Source: an uncultured Actinomycetes bacterium (lineage in GTDB: Bacteria > Actinomycetota > Thermoleophilia > RBG-16-64-13). Taken from it: a stretch of 64,000 bases of DNA. The stretch is from NCBI GenBank assembly GCA_963706025.1, contig CAVPLM010000003.1:320001-384000 (forward strand). Direction: 5' to 3'. Under the pieces are notes generated by a model. That model worked only from the letters and a program-made list of their open reading frames with translations, was not told where the DNA came from and did no database searches. Shown piece after piece: positions 40,370 to 50,986 of this stretch. A program made the position numbers and the translations under genes. The first letter of the stretch is position 1, and each line of letters starts with the position of its first letter.

Positions 40370-41662
40370 ATGCGGCGGACGTGGCTCCTTCTAATCCTCA
40401 CTGTCTCATTGGCGATTGCATTCGTGTGCACGGGCGCCCTAGGGCCGGCGCCGCCGCGCGCGGCCGCCGCGGCGCCGACGTTCAGTGACGTTCCGGTGGA
40501 CCACCCCTACTACGAAGCCATCGAGGGGATGGCCGCGGCGAACGTTATCAACGGCTTTCCTGGCGGCACCTTCCGTCCCGACGACCTCGTTATCCGCCAG
40601 CAGTTCGCCAAGATGATCGTGCTGGCTCTGGGCCTGCCGGTGAGCGAGCAGGATGTGTGCACATTCCCCGACGTCTACAAGGGCGGACCCGACACGTTCT
40701 ATCCCGACAACTTCATCGCCGTCGCAGCCAAGAAAGAGATCACCACCGGCTACACCGACGGCCGCTTCGGCGCTGTTGACAACATCAAGCGATGCCAGAT
40801 ATCCACGATGATGGTCCGGGCAGCCAATAACCTGGACTTCCGCGATCTGGTCGAAGCCCCGGATTGGTTCCTGTCCGACTGGGGCATCAGCGACGTCCAT
40901 GGGCCGTTCGCCGACACCGCTCAGTACAGCGGGCTTTTCGAGGGATTGCTACCCGATTTCTATCGGGATCCCTACAAGCTGGCCACCCGGGGTGAGGTGG
41001 CCCAGTTGCTCTGGAGCCTCAAGACTTTTGTCAGGCAGACCAAGAGCGTGGACCACTTGGTGACGATCACCGAGCTGACGGACGGCCCAGTGGCGGCGGC
41101 GTTCAGAGCGGCGCTGGAGGATGCCTCCGGCGGCCAGGTCGAATGGATGAGAGCGCTGCGGACGGAGCACCCCGTGAACGCCTCCATCGTGGCCTCTGTC
41201 AATTATGGGTGTGCCAATGGTGATTTTTACCTTGGTGTGCCCGGGCCGGGAGGAACAGCCGTGGTCGGCCCACTGATGGCCGGCTTCCTGACCTATATGG
41301 AGAAGTTCGGAGCAGAGGTCGGCTACGGGGCTCTGTTCGATGTCAAGTTCGCCTCCGCTTTCAACTGGCGGCTGGGGGGAGACTATCTTCGCCAGGGGGA
41401 CGAGACTCTTGATGAGTACGCGGCTCGGATCCAACTGCTTATGGACAGCTTCGTGCAGCAGCACGCTGAAGACGAGATGTTCTTCCTATCCGATCCGGCC
41501 GTGCACGATCTCATCGAGTCCAGCGGCTCTCTGAGGATATCCGACCCGGGCCGGGCGCTACTTGGTGTGCGCTACGGGGTAGACCTGTACCGGGCGTCCG
41601 GAGACGCATATGCTGACGTGATAGACCAGGTCGCCGACGAGTTCTGGCCCTGGGAGGATTGA
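40370..41662 (+). CDS. Secreted S-layer homology (SLH) domain protein
   Basis: Signal peptide; FSDVPVDHPYYEAI, FRPDDLVIRQQFAKM, ATRGEVAQLL; unknown C-terminal domain. Confidence 0.8.
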   Translation: MRRTWLLLILTVSLAIAFVCTGALGPAPPRAAAAAPTFSDVPVDHPYYEAIEGMAAANVINGFPGGTFRPDDLVIRQQFAKMIVLALGLPVSEQDVCTFPDVYKGGPDTFYPDNFIAVAAKKEITTGYTDGRFGAVDNIKRCQISTMMVRAANNLDFRDLVEAPDWFLSDWGISDVHGPFADTAQYSGLFEGLLPDFYRDPYKLATRGEVAQLLWSLKTFVRQTKSVDHLVTITELTDGPVAAAFRAALEDASGGQVEWMRALRTEHPVNASIVASVNYGCANGDFYLGVPGPGGTAVVGPLMAGFLTYMEKFGAEVGYGALFDVKFASAFNWRLGGDYLRQGDETLDEYAARIQLLMDSFVQQHAEDEMFFLSDPAVHDLIESSGSLRISDPGRALLGVRYGVDLYRASGDAYADVIDQVADEFWPWED

Positions 41663-41759
41663 GAGACTCCGGGCGCAAGTACGCCGCTCGGCGGTTGGGG
41701 GGCACTGCAACGGGGTATACGGGTGAGCAGTCCGGTCGTAGGTCGCCGGAAACCGAAGC

Positions 41760-42194
41760 ATGCGCTTGGGAGGCGGGATGAATTACGTGGCCATTTGGTT
41801 CGCGGCATTCGTGGTCATGAGTGTGCTCGACGTGATCTGGCATCTGGGCGTCTTCGGCTGGGCGTACGGCCCCGATTTCAAGGCCGTGGCTCGCATGGTC
41901 GATGGGAAAATGAAACTGCAGCCCATTCCAGGCATCATCTCACAGGTGCTCGTGGTGAGCGCGCTCATGGTCATCACAGTCATGGGAGTGCGGTCCGGCC
42001 AGGGATACCCGGTGAACTTTCTGATGGGCGCGATGGGCGGCGTTCTGGCCATCAGCGTGTACGGGCTGGTGAACCAGGCCTTGATTGACAAATGGACCTG
42101 GCGGCTCACCATCCTGGAAGTCATCTGGGGACCGATAATCGGGGGGCTGGGAGGTCTCTTCATCGCCTGGATGTACAGGGCGCTGGAACTCTAG
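41760..42194 (+). CDS. Small 4-TM membrane protein (DUF2177-like)
   Basis: Four hydrophobic segments; LDVIW, VYGLVNQA, EVIWG. Confidence 0.6.
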   Translation: MRLGGGMNYVAIWFAAFVVMSVLDVIWHLGVFGWAYGPDFKAVARMVDGKMKLQPIPGIISQVLVVSALMVITVMGVRSGQGYPVNFLMGAMGGVLAISVYGLVNQALIDKWTWRLTILEVIWGPIIGGLGGLFIAWMYRALEL

Positions 42195-42314
42195 CAGCCC
42201 CAGGATTACTCCGGGGCAGGCCGAATGGACTACAATACGTGGTCGTCGGCCGTCCCTTGACCTGGGAGAGTTCGATCGGTTTGTCCAGTTCGTCCCGTCT
42301 GCGCCGGTCTCCTG

Positions 42315-44365
42315 TTGTGCCCCGCCGTGGGGTCGCGATCACCCGGCTCCTCACCTTGGTGCTCCTTGTGGGGGCGTTCTTGGCGCTGGGATGGGGGCTG
42401 CAGCCGGTCGGGGCGACCGACACCGGGACGGTCGAGCCGGCTCAGTACGCCGCCGCCGGCCCCCTCGTCACGGATGCCCTTCCCGCGGAAGTCCCGCCGG
42501 GCGCGGGGCGTATCGCGCTGAAACTGGCGCCCGGCTATCGTCTTGAATCCGGGGCCGACGGGGCCCTGCTGGTGGTGCAAGACCGGGGGGTCATGGCTAC
42601 TGCGGCGATGGACGTCCTCGGGATGGCGCTGCAGCAGGTAGCCGAAGTCGAAGGTCTTGGCATCCAGGTGGTGGCGCCGACATCGTCTGATGCGCCGACG
42701 GCGGCCGATGATGCTGATCTGGAGGCGGCGGTCGGAGCGCTGCGGCTCCTGCCCGGAGTGCTCTGGGCGGAAGTCAGCCATCCGGTCTACGCGTGCCTGG
42801 TGCCCAATGATCCGCTATACGCGCCCAGCGTCTGGGAACCTCTCGGCCAATGGGGTCTTGTTCGTGTCGGCCTGCCCACAGCGTGGGACACGGTCACCGG
42901 TTCGGCCGACGTGGTGGTGGCGGTGGTCGACAGCGGGCTCAATCGCGACATAATGGATTTCGCCGGCCGCATCGTGTACCCCTACAGCATCCTTTCCGGA
43001 AGCTCGGTCTGGCCGGCCTGGCAGGATACCTACGGCCACGGCTCGGGAGTGGCGGCAGTGGCCGCTGCCCAGGGCAACGATCATCTGGGGATCGCCGGGG
43101 CGGCCTGGAACGTCAAGGTGATGCCCGTCAAGATCGCCAATTCCAACTCATCGGATGATGTGACTCTGGCAGCGGGTATCACGTATGCGGTCGACAAGGG
43201 CGCCGACGTCATCAACGTGAGCTTCGCCGGGACGGAGGGAAGTAGGACCCTGGAGAGCGCCGTCGACTACGCGCTGGCGCGCGGCGTCGTGATAGTGGCC
43301 GCTGCCGGCAACAACAGCGCTTGGTCCGTCGGCTATCCCGCTGCGATCCCGGGTGTCATCGCCGTGGGGGCCACCGACAGCGCCAACAACCGGTGCAGTT
43401 TCTCCAATCAAGGGAGCGCCCTCGACATCGCCGCGCCGGGGGCCAGCATACTGAGTTACACCACCGCTTCGGCCACGTCGTTCGCACGCTGGAGCGGTAC
43501 GTCGTTCTCCTCTCCCCTCGTGGCTGGTGTGGCGGCGCTCTTGAAGTCCGCGAACCCGACTCTTACACCTGCAGAGATCGCCGACATGATCAGCGACTCA
43601 GCCGATGACCTGGGTGTGAGCGGTTGGGACCAGGCGTTCGGCTGGGGATTGCTCGATGCCGACGAGGCGGTCGCGGAGGCGGTAGCCGGCGTCACCACCA
43701 CGACCACTACCACGGTCTCGACTACCACTACGACCACGGTCCCCTCCACGACCACCACGACGGCCCCACCGTCGACGACCACCACAACGACGACATCCAC
43801 GACCATCGTGGGCCGATTCGCCGACGTGTCCGCGGAGACCACGCCATACGCGGCTCAGATCGAGCAGTTGGCCGCTTCGGGGGTCGTCGAAGGCTACACG
43901 GTGGGCGATCACAAGGAATTCCGTCCTCTCGACCTTGTGAGGCGCCAGCAGTTCGCGAAGATGATCGTGCTCACTCTGGGTTATCCCGTGACGGAGAGTG
44001 ACACCTGTACGTTCACCGACGTGGTTCACAAACCCGGGGAGCTCTATCCCTATCACTACGTTGCGGTCGCCTACAAGAAGGGGATCACAGAGGGTACTAA
44101 GCCTCCGCGACTGTTCTCTCCCTACGGCGAGTTGACGCGGGCGCAGATGATCACCATGGTGGTGCGGGCCACCCAACTGCCCGATCCCCCGCCGGGCTAC
44201 ACCCCGCCCTTCCCCAACTTCTCGGCTGTGCATTACCCCTTCGCGCGGAAGGCGGCAAGTGCTGGGCTTCTGGACGTGCTGGAAGGGATGGGGCCCGGTT
44301 ACGACTTCCTCGCTCCGGCGACCCGGGGTGAGGTATGCGCCTTGCTCGCACCCTTGCTTCAGTAG
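42315..44365 (+). CDS. S8 subtilase with Thr-rich linker and C-terminal SLH domains
   Basis: VVDSG, HGSGVA, AAAGN, GTSFSSP catalytic motifs; SLH RRQQFAKMI, ATRGEV; start uncertain. Confidence 0.88.
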
Positions 44366-44901
44366 CTGCCGTAGCGGTCCCGGAACTCCCGGTCGAGGAT
44401 GTCGAGCACCACATAGTCGGCGAAGCGCCCGTGCTGGAATGCCGCCTCGCGCTCTCTGCCCACCTCGACGAAGCCCACGCGTCTATAGAGACCGAGCCCG
44501 CGGCCATGATCTTGATGTGCCCTGAGACGCACGCTGTGCAGCCCCAACGTATCGAAGGCGAAGTGCAGGCAGGTCACAATGGCCTCTGCCCCGTAACCCT
44601 GACCCCAGTCTTCCTTCGATCCGATCACCAAGCCTAGCTCGGCTCGACGGTTCACCAGGTTCACGTCTTTGATGCCCACGTTGCCTATGTACCGACCATC
44701 CTCGATCAGGTGGATCTCGAAGGTGTAGCGGTCGGTTGAGGCGGCCTCGCGGTCGTAGTAGTACTCTTCGGCTTCCCGGGTGACGGGGATGTGACCGACG
44801 ACCAGATACTCGTGCACCTCGGGATCGTTCAACCAGCCGCGGATGGTCTCGGCGTTTCCCCGGTCCAGTTCGGTGAGGTAGATCCTCTCGCCTTTGATCA
44901 T
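44359..44901 (-). CDS. GNAT acetyltransferase (RimJ/RimL-like)
   Basis: IGNVG, WGQGYGAEA, LYRRVGFVEVG. Confidence 0.88.
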   Translation of the reverse strand: MIKGERIYLTELDRGNAETIRGWLNDPEVHEYLVVGHIPVTREAEEYYYDREAASTDRYTFEIHLIEDGRYIGNVGIKDVNLVNRRAELGLVIGSKEDWGQGYGAEAIVTCLHFAFDTLGLHSVRLRAHQDHGRGLGLYRRVGFVEVGREREAAFQHGRFADYVVLDILDREFRDRYGSY

Positions 44902-44957
44902 GTTACTGCGCGCGCTGGACGGAGCCACAATCGCCGGTATGGCCGATCAGCCGGAGT

Positions 44958-45584
44958 TCACTCGGCGGGACCGGGCTGGAAACTCGCCACCAGCGCAGCG
45001 AAGACGGGCGCGTTTGTCTCCCAGTTCTCGGTAGCAGCCTGCAGGGTGAGCTGGTATTCGATGTCGCCGCTGAACAAGAAGTAGAGCGTGGAGGTGACCG
45101 GCGCACCGCTCTTAAAGAAGCTGTAGGTAACCTTGAAGCCGGACATCCCCGCGACCTTGGCCTCGGACAAGGCTTCTATCGTCTCCATATCGGTCGCCTG
45201 GCTTTCGAGGCTGGCGAGCACCTGCTCCACTTCAGCCTGGATCTCAGGCATCATGGACTCGTCGACGGTGAGATTGAGCTCGTAGACCGACACCTGGGCC
45301 AGGTCGATGTACGTGTCATCGGCGACGGCCCCCTCGGGATCGAACACACCCACGCTTTTCGCAGCGCTACCACCTGCCGTGACGTCGGAGCTGTCGCCCT
45401 CCTGCAGTTGCCAGTCGGCCGGGTAGTCGAAGCTGAAGCCGTAGTCGGTATCGGTGTAGGTCTTGGTGCCACCGCTATTGGAATCGCCGCCGTTTCCACA
45501 GCCGGCAGCCACGAACGCCGCCACTAGGAGGACGCATCCCAGCAGGGCTGCAAACCCCATTGAACGGCGTGTGCGCATTCTCAT
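44958..45584 (-). CDS. Lipoprotein, PsbP-like fold candidate
   Basis: RBS GAGGAG; AAGC lipobox; YGFSFDYPADW; LVASF end. Confidence 0.65.
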   Translation of the reverse strand: MRMRTRRSMGFAALLGCVLLVAAFVAAGCGNGGDSNSGGTKTYTDTDYGFSFDYPADWQLQEGDSSDVTAGGSAAKSVGVFDPEGAVADDTYIDLAQVSVYELNLTVDESMMPEIQAEVEQVLASLESQATDMETIEALSEAKVAGMSGFKVTYSFFKSGAPVTSTLYFLFSGDIEYQLTLQAATENWETNAPVFAALVASFQPGPAE

Positions 45585-45752
45585 CTTCGTCTCCTCGTGT
45601 GGATGGTGTGCCACCCATTGTGCCACGTGCGCGGGCAAGGAAGGGAGCCCGCGTCGCCGGCACGCAGGCATCGTCGCTCTTGAGCAGAAAATAACAGAGA
45701 GTCGGTAACGGGATCGCGTGGAGACTCGTCATTATGAGAAGGGTGGACTAAG

Positions 45753-46931
45753 GTGCGGTTCAGACGAGCCCTCTTCATCCTGGTCTGCGGTGGTCTCATC
45801 TCGGCGGCAGCCTTGCTGCAGGGAGGCTGCGTAGAGATCACCGGTTTCCAGATCAATGGAGCTGTCGCAGCCGGCTCGCATCACGTCATCACTCTGCAAG
45901 CCTCGGCGACGGTGCCCTCCGGTGGCCCCGTCAGGTGCGTGATAGCGATCCGCATACCTTCGCAGTGGGAGGTCGGTTCGGCGACGTTGAACGGGCCGAC
46001 AGTGACGGATACGTTCCAGGAGTCGAGCGTCATGGAAACCGTCTACGCCAACGAGTGGGAAGCGGCGCCGGTCGGCGTGGGCCACAACGGCCGCAAAGAA
46101 GGCTACAAGTGGTGGGTGGGATACAGCGGTGCGCACGACTGGGCGCTGGGTGAAACGGGCCAGGTAGCCATAACCATAGACACCCACGGGCGGGGCGGCA
46201 GTTACCTGCTCGATCTGGCGACCGGGGTCGCGGGAAGCGCCGACCCGGAGAATCTCGCGGACAAGAGCTTGTGGCAGGTGGGAAGCGCGGGGCTCAAGCC
46301 GTCCGGGGTGCTGCTCGATCAGGCGATCACCCTCTATTGCTTCACAGATGTGATCCCTGGAGTCAGGTATTTCGAAGCCATCCAGGGGATGGGGGCACAG
46401 GGACTTGTCGAGGGCTATCCCGTCGGTTCTGGAGGTTACCGGGAGTTCAGGCCCACGAACCCAGTCCTCCGGGCTCAGTACGCCAAGATGATGGTGGGCG
46501 CTCTAGGTCTGGGCGTCGACGAGGCCATGACTCCCCCCGTGGACTTCCGCGATCTGGGCCGCGACGTGAGCACCAATCTCTACCCGCACGAGTATGTGTG
46601 GACGGCGTATGGCAACAACATCATCAAGGGCTACACTGACGGCACCTTCAGACCCTACGTCGCGATCAGCCGGGGCCACGCCGTCACGATGACCGTGAGG
46701 GCGCTTCAGAAGCTGCACCCGAGCGTCCTCCAGACTGTGCCCGCTACGTTCGTCCAGACCTGGGGCAAGGACCTGTTGCCCGAGCACAGCGCCAATGCCC
46801 GCATAGCCGAATACAACCATCTCCTGGACGGCCTGCCCTTGACCACGACGTCCGCCGACGGCAAAGCAGCCATGTCCAGGGGTGAGGTGGCGCAGTTGCT
46901 CTGGAACATGATGGATCTCGTCGCGCGATAG
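45753..46931 (+). CDS. Secreted/lipo-protein with C-terminal SLH domains
   Basis: FTDV..YFEAI, FRPTNPVLRAQYAKM, GYTDGTFRP, SRGEVAQLL. Confidence 0.78.
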   Translation: MRFRRALFILVCGGLISAAALLQGGCVEITGFQINGAVAAGSHHVITLQASATVPSGGPVRCVIAIRIPSQWEVGSATLNGPTVTDTFQESSVMETVYANEWEAAPVGVGHNGRKEGYKWWVGYSGAHDWALGETGQVAITIDTHGRGGSYLLDLATGVAGSADPENLADKSLWQVGSAGLKPSGVLLDQAITLYCFTDVIPGVRYFEAIQGMGAQGLVEGYPVGSGGYREFRPTNPVLRAQYAKMMVGALGLGVDEAMTPPVDFRDLGRDVSTNLYPHEYVWTAYGNNIIKGYTDGTFRPYVAISRGHAVTMTVRALQKLHPSVLQTVPATFVQTWGKDLLPEHSANARIAEYNHLLDGLPLTTTSADGKAAMSRGEVAQLLWNMMDLVAR

Positions 46932-46990
46932 CGCTTCGGGATCGCGCTGGAGAGGCTTCGCCCTGTCGCCTCGCCCTCGTGACCCTGCGG

Positions 46991-47584
46991 TCAGGCGAGG
47001 ACTTCCACCAGAGTCCAGATGCCGAAGCCGATGAAGAGGGCTCCGGAAATGCGCTTCATGAGCTTCTCCGGCACCCGGCGACCGGCCGTGTGCCCGATGA
47101 CCACCGCGAGGGCGTTGGCGAGGATCATCCCTATCGTCGCTCCCAGCCATACCCCGACAGAGCCGAACAGGCTGCCCTCGAAACGGGCGCCCAGCGACAA
47201 GACGGCCAGCTGGGTCTTGTCTCCGATCTCAGCGATGAAGAACGCTCCGGCCACTGCGAGTATGACGTGCCTCTGGCTCTTGACCTCGCACTCTCCGCCT
47301 TCCTCCGCAGGCTTCTCCTTGGCCAGCAGGTTCCAGAGTCCGAAGCCGATGAAGAGCACTCCGGCCCCGATTCTCACGGCCGTAAGCGGTATGAAACGCC
47401 CGGCAACGGCTCCGACCACCACGGCGATCAGGTTGAGCACGGCGATGGCGATGGCCACTCCGATGAGGACCTTGCGCGCCGGATACCGGCAAGATAGAGA
47501 CAGGGTGAGCAACTGCGTCTTGTCGGCCATCTCGGCGATGGTGACAAGGATGAAGGAAGTAATGAAGGGCGTCATCGGCCGCAT
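46991..47584 (-). CDS. TMEM165/GDT1 (UPF0016) family cation transporter
   Basis: Two ExxDKTQ motifs (EMADKTQ, EIGDKTQ). Confidence 0.9.
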   Translation of the reverse strand: MRPMTPFITSFILVTIAEMADKTQLLTLSLSCRYPARKVLIGVAIAIAVLNLIAVVVGAVAGRFIPLTAVRIGAGVLFIGFGLWNLLAKEKPAEEGGECEVKSQRHVILAVAGAFFIAEIGDKTQLAVLSLGARFEGSLFGSVGVWLGATIGMILANALAVVIGHTAGRRVPEKLMKRISGALFIGFGIWTLVEVLA

Positions 47585-47655
47585 GATAGCAGGCCCATTA
47601 CCTGGGACGCTGGGTTACACTGAGAATGGATTGCAGGCGAGAGGGGGAGAGGTTC

Positions 47656-48666
47656 TTGGAAGCACGCATCATCGGGCTGAAGGGGTGCGGCAAGACCACT
47701 CTGGTGGCGGCCCTGGCTGAGGGCCGCGGTGAGGGACACATCGCCACCGTGCACGTGGGGGACGCGCGCGTGCGCACCCTGTCCGAGATATTCCAGCCTA
47801 AGAAGACCACGTTCGCTGAGCTCAGGGTGCGGGAGGTGGCCTGGCCGGAGGCGAGCGCCCGGAAGGGGGAGATGGAGCGGTATCTGGACGCTCTCGCCGG
47901 CGGCCAGGTGTATCTGCACGTGCTGCGCGCGTTCGAGAACCCCACGCTGGGCGAGCCGGTCCACCCGCGACGGGATCTCGAGGAACTGGACCGGGAGTTC
48001 CTGCTGTTTGATCTGATACGGGTGGAGCGGGCTTTCGAGCGGGCTAAGAAGGCCCCGCTGCCCGACATCGGCAAGAAGGCCCTCACCCGCTGCCGGGACG
48101 TTCTGGAAGCCGAGACCCCGCTCCGCGAGGTCGATTTCGACGAATCCCAATCGGCTTTCATCAGCGGATACCAGTTCCTCACCCTGATCCCTCAGTTACT
48201 GGTGGTCAACACCGAGTCGGAGGGATCCTGGGAGGCTTCCGCTCTAGAATCGCTCGCTAGCCACCGCCAAGTCCTGGCGTTCCCCTTTGTCGATGCCCTC
48301 GAAGTGGCCAGGCTCTCCTTGGAGGAGCAGGAAGAGTACGCTCTGGCTCTAGGGCTCCCCGGTCCGGCCGGTGAGGTGGTGGCGCGGGCAGCCTTCGCGC
48401 AACTGGGCCTCATCAGCTTTCTCACCACAGGCAGCGACGAGGTCCGAGCCTGGCCTGTGCGTGCGGGTGAAACCGCACGGGAAGCTGCCGGCGCCGTCCA
48501 CTCCGACATCCAGCGGGGCTTCATCCGGGCGGAAGTGGTCTCGTTTGACGACTTCATGCGCCATGGCACCATGAAAGCCTGTCGCGACACGGGAGTCCTG
48601 AGGATCGAAGGCAAGGACTACGTGGTCGCCGACGGCGACATGATCAACTTCCGGTTCAACGTGTAG
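47656..48666 (+). CDS. YchF-like Obg-family ATPase with TGS/DUF933 domain
   Basis: GLKGCGKTT, AGAVHSDIQRGFIRAEV, EGKDYVVADGD..FRFNV. Confidence 0.85.
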   Translation: MEARIIGLKGCGKTTLVAALAEGRGEGHIATVHVGDARVRTLSEIFQPKKTTFAELRVREVAWPEASARKGEMERYLDALAGGQVYLHVLRAFENPTLGEPVHPRRDLEELDREFLLFDLIRVERAFERAKKAPLPDIGKKALTRCRDVLEAETPLREVDFDESQSAFISGYQFLTLIPQLLVVNTESEGSWEASALESLASHRQVLAFPFVDALEVARLSLEEQEEYALALGLPGPAGEVVARAAFAQLGLISFLTTGSDEVRAWPVRAGETAREAAGAVHSDIQRGFIRAEVVSFDDFMRHGTMKACRDTGVLRIEGKDYVVADGDMINFRFNV

Positions 48667-48669
48667 GGG

Positions 48670-48854
48670 GGCTGACCTGAGGCCCGCTCACTTCGCGCGC
48701 ACCGAACCCACGCGCGACTGCTGCGTGAGCGGGCCTCAGGTCAGCCTGGCAATCTGTCGCGCGCACCGAACCCATGCGCGACTGCTGCGCGAGCGGGCCT
48801 CAAGTCAGCCTGGCAATCTGTCGTGCGCACCGAACCCATGCGCGACTGCTGCGC
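48670..48854. repeat. 64-bp tandem repeat (about 2.5 copies) plus 22-bp perfect inverted repeat
   Basis: Units start at 48693, 48757, 48821; GGCTGACCTGAGGCCCGCTCAC (48670-48691) pairs with 48725-48746. Confidence 0.92.
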
Positions 48855-48920
48855 CAGAGACCCTCGGGTTGGGCTGATGGTCGCTCCGCCGCGGCACTTC
48901 CGTGCCTGAGTCGGCTTCCG

Positions 48921-49928
48921 CTATTCCGAGCCCGGCTTGTCGACGGCAAAACCTCGGGCAGAGTGGTAGACAGCCTTGTCGAAGAAGACAGCGAAGCGGC
49001 TCTGCAACTCCATCACCCGGTAGGTGTCGACCGGCCTCTGCCACACCCCCTGGGAGCGGGCATAGTCCCAGATATGCTTCTTCAAGAGCATATGGGCGGA
49101 CAAGACCTCGTGCAACTGCACCCCTTGCGCCTGTCGCCGCCTACCCAAGTCCCTGTAGAACGCTTTGATCTGATCTTCGGTGCTTTCGCCCTCCAGCCAC
49201 CGTCCTAGCTGCCGAAGGCCCTCTGTAACCTCGGATAACAAGGGCTCGGGATCCAGACGCCTGTAGCCGGCTGTAGTGCGGCTCGAGCGGACGTCGGCCA
49301 GCCAGAGCCGGGCCACGTACGCGGCATGCTCGCTCACGAATCCGACCAGGCTGTCGGAGAGCATCTCGGCGCCCGGGCCTTCATCGAGGCGGTGGAAAGA
49401 ATCCTGGATGGCCCATTCGTCCAGATGAAGGTCGGCGCATAGCCGGATGGCCTTCTCGTTGGAGGGGAAAGCCAGCGGGGGGAGACGGTCGATGGGGAAG
49501 TAGCCTACGTCCTCGGCGTCGTCGCCAGGAGCCTCCGTCCCGGCAGTCTTCTCCACCTCGAAGGTGACCACCAGCAGCTCGCCATAGTAGGCACCGCTCC
49601 AGGAGTCCGCGTCGATCAACCGAAGGATGCGCCCCTCCACTCCGCTCTCTTCGTGCAGTTCGCGCAGAGCCGCCTCGGCGATGGTCTCGCCCGTCTCGGC
49701 GAAGCCGATGGGCAAGCACCACATACCTTTGTTAGGCGGGAACTTGCGCTTGACGAGCAGAACCTGTCGTTTCGCATCCAATACCAGTGCCCCAGCTGCC
49801 GGAAGCGGATTCTGGTAGAAGACCATGCCGCAGACCGAACAGACTTCCCGCGGCCTGTCGCCGACGATCTGGACATCGATGGGGCCGCCGCATTTGGAGC
49901 AAAAAAGCGCGTTCATATCCTGTTTCAT
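48921..49928 (-). CDS. Zn-ribbon NUDIX hydrolase with extra C-terminal helical domain
   Basis: CSKCG..CSVCG; GFAETGETIAEAALRELHEESG Nudix box. Confidence 0.85.
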   Translation of the reverse strand: MKQDMNALFCSKCGGPIDVQIVGDRPREVCSVCGMVFYQNPLPAAGALVLDAKRQVLLVKRKFPPNKGMWCLPIGFAETGETIAEAALRELHEESGVEGRILRLIDADSWSGAYYGELLVVTFEVEKTAGTEAPGDDAEDVGYFPIDRLPPLAFPSNEKAIRLCADLHLDEWAIQDSFHRLDEGPGAEMLSDSLVGFVSEHAAYVARLWLADVRSSRTTAGYRRLDPEPLLSEVTEGLRQLGRWLEGESTEDQIKAFYRDLGRRRQAQGVQLHEVLSAHMLLKKHIWDYARSQGVWQRPVDTYRVMELQSRFAVFFDKAVYHSARGFAVDKPGSE

Positions 49929-49967
49929 TCCCGGGGCTGCACTCTCGCCACACCCGGTCGGGCGAAG

Positions 49968-50807
49968 TCACCGAGTGATCGGCTCCTCGGTGACCTGCAA
50001 ATACACGTGGGAACCGGCATCATGCGTATGCTCCGCGAGGGTAGCGCCCAATTCAGCGGGGCACTCGCGTACCTTGCCCAACTGCGTCTTGCCGGCCGTC
50101 ACGACCTCGCCGATGGCGACCGCTGGTTCGCTGATGAACAGGAGAGAGATGGTGGTACCACTCATTTCCTCGGGGCGGATATCGATCCGTATGTCATCGT
50201 ACTTCCCGTACAGCTTGTACGACTTGACGGCGGTCACGAGCCCAGAGACCGGCGATGTCACCGGGGATCCCTCGAGGGCTCCCACCAGCACCGAGCTGGT
50301 GACCGCCCCCTCCTCGCCGGCGAACAGGTAGTACCGGACCGACGGCTCCCCGGAAAAGACACCGCGGAAGAAACGGATCAGCGCGTTGGCGTTGGCTTGG
50401 TCCCCGATGGGAGAGAGCGCCACCGCGCGCTCGTCGCTCACAGGCTGATAAGCGATGATGGTGGCGTCACCGGCGGCAACGGGGAGCAAGAGGTTTCGGT
50501 CGCCCAGCCGGGCGAAGGCGGGGTGTTCTTCGCCGGTGGCGGTAACCGGCGAGGACGGTGAACCGGAATCGCTGACCAAGAGGCTCTGGGCACCGATCTG
50601 GGCGGTCGATCCACCCACGGAGGTGGCGATGAGAATGCCGGCGATCACCAAGCACAGCGCAGCGAACCCCAATGCAAAGCGCATCCTTCGCCTGCGGTGC
50701 ACCGCCGTGACTCGCCGTTTCTGCCTCAGCGATTCCTGGTGGCGCCAGCCCCCTGGTGCAGTTACCCCTTCTCGCATTACTGTCAAGGTACCATCTTGCC
50801 GCCCCAT
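49968..50807 (-). CDS. Membrane-anchored protein, M23-peptidase-like fold candidate
   Basis: Basic N-terminus, single TM, GSPVTSPVSGLV, IGEVVTAGKTQLG; start uncertain. Confidence 0.55.
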   Translation of the reverse strand: MGRQDGTLTVMREGVTAPGGWRHQESLRQKRRVTAVHRRRRMRFALGFAALCLVIAGILIATSVGGSTAQIGAQSLLVSDSGSPSSPVTATGEEHPAFARLGDRNLLLPVAAGDATIIAYQPVSDERAVALSPIGDQANANALIRFFRGVFSGEPSVRYYLFAGEEGAVTSSVLVGALEGSPVTSPVSGLVTAVKSYKLYGKYDDIRIDIRPEEMSGTTISLLFISEPAVAIGEVVTAGKTQLGKVRECPAELGATLAEHTHDAGSHVYLQVTEEPITR

Positions 50808-50986
50808 TGCCCAGCAAAGACCGCGTATCGAACCGGGAATCGTCTTGGCTTCGGCTTGGCCTGCTTCCTGCGCGGGAGCTCTTTGACTGGTAATCTGACT
50901 GTAATCTGACTGGTAGTCTTTGAAGTGGGCGGGTTGGCGGAGGGCGCGCCGAGCCGAGAAGGCGATCGGAGGGGAAGGAGGGGTAG

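Noticed and set aside
48670-48854. Possible CRISPR array
   Set aside because: Units are contiguous near-identical 64-mers with no unique spacers and no cas genes
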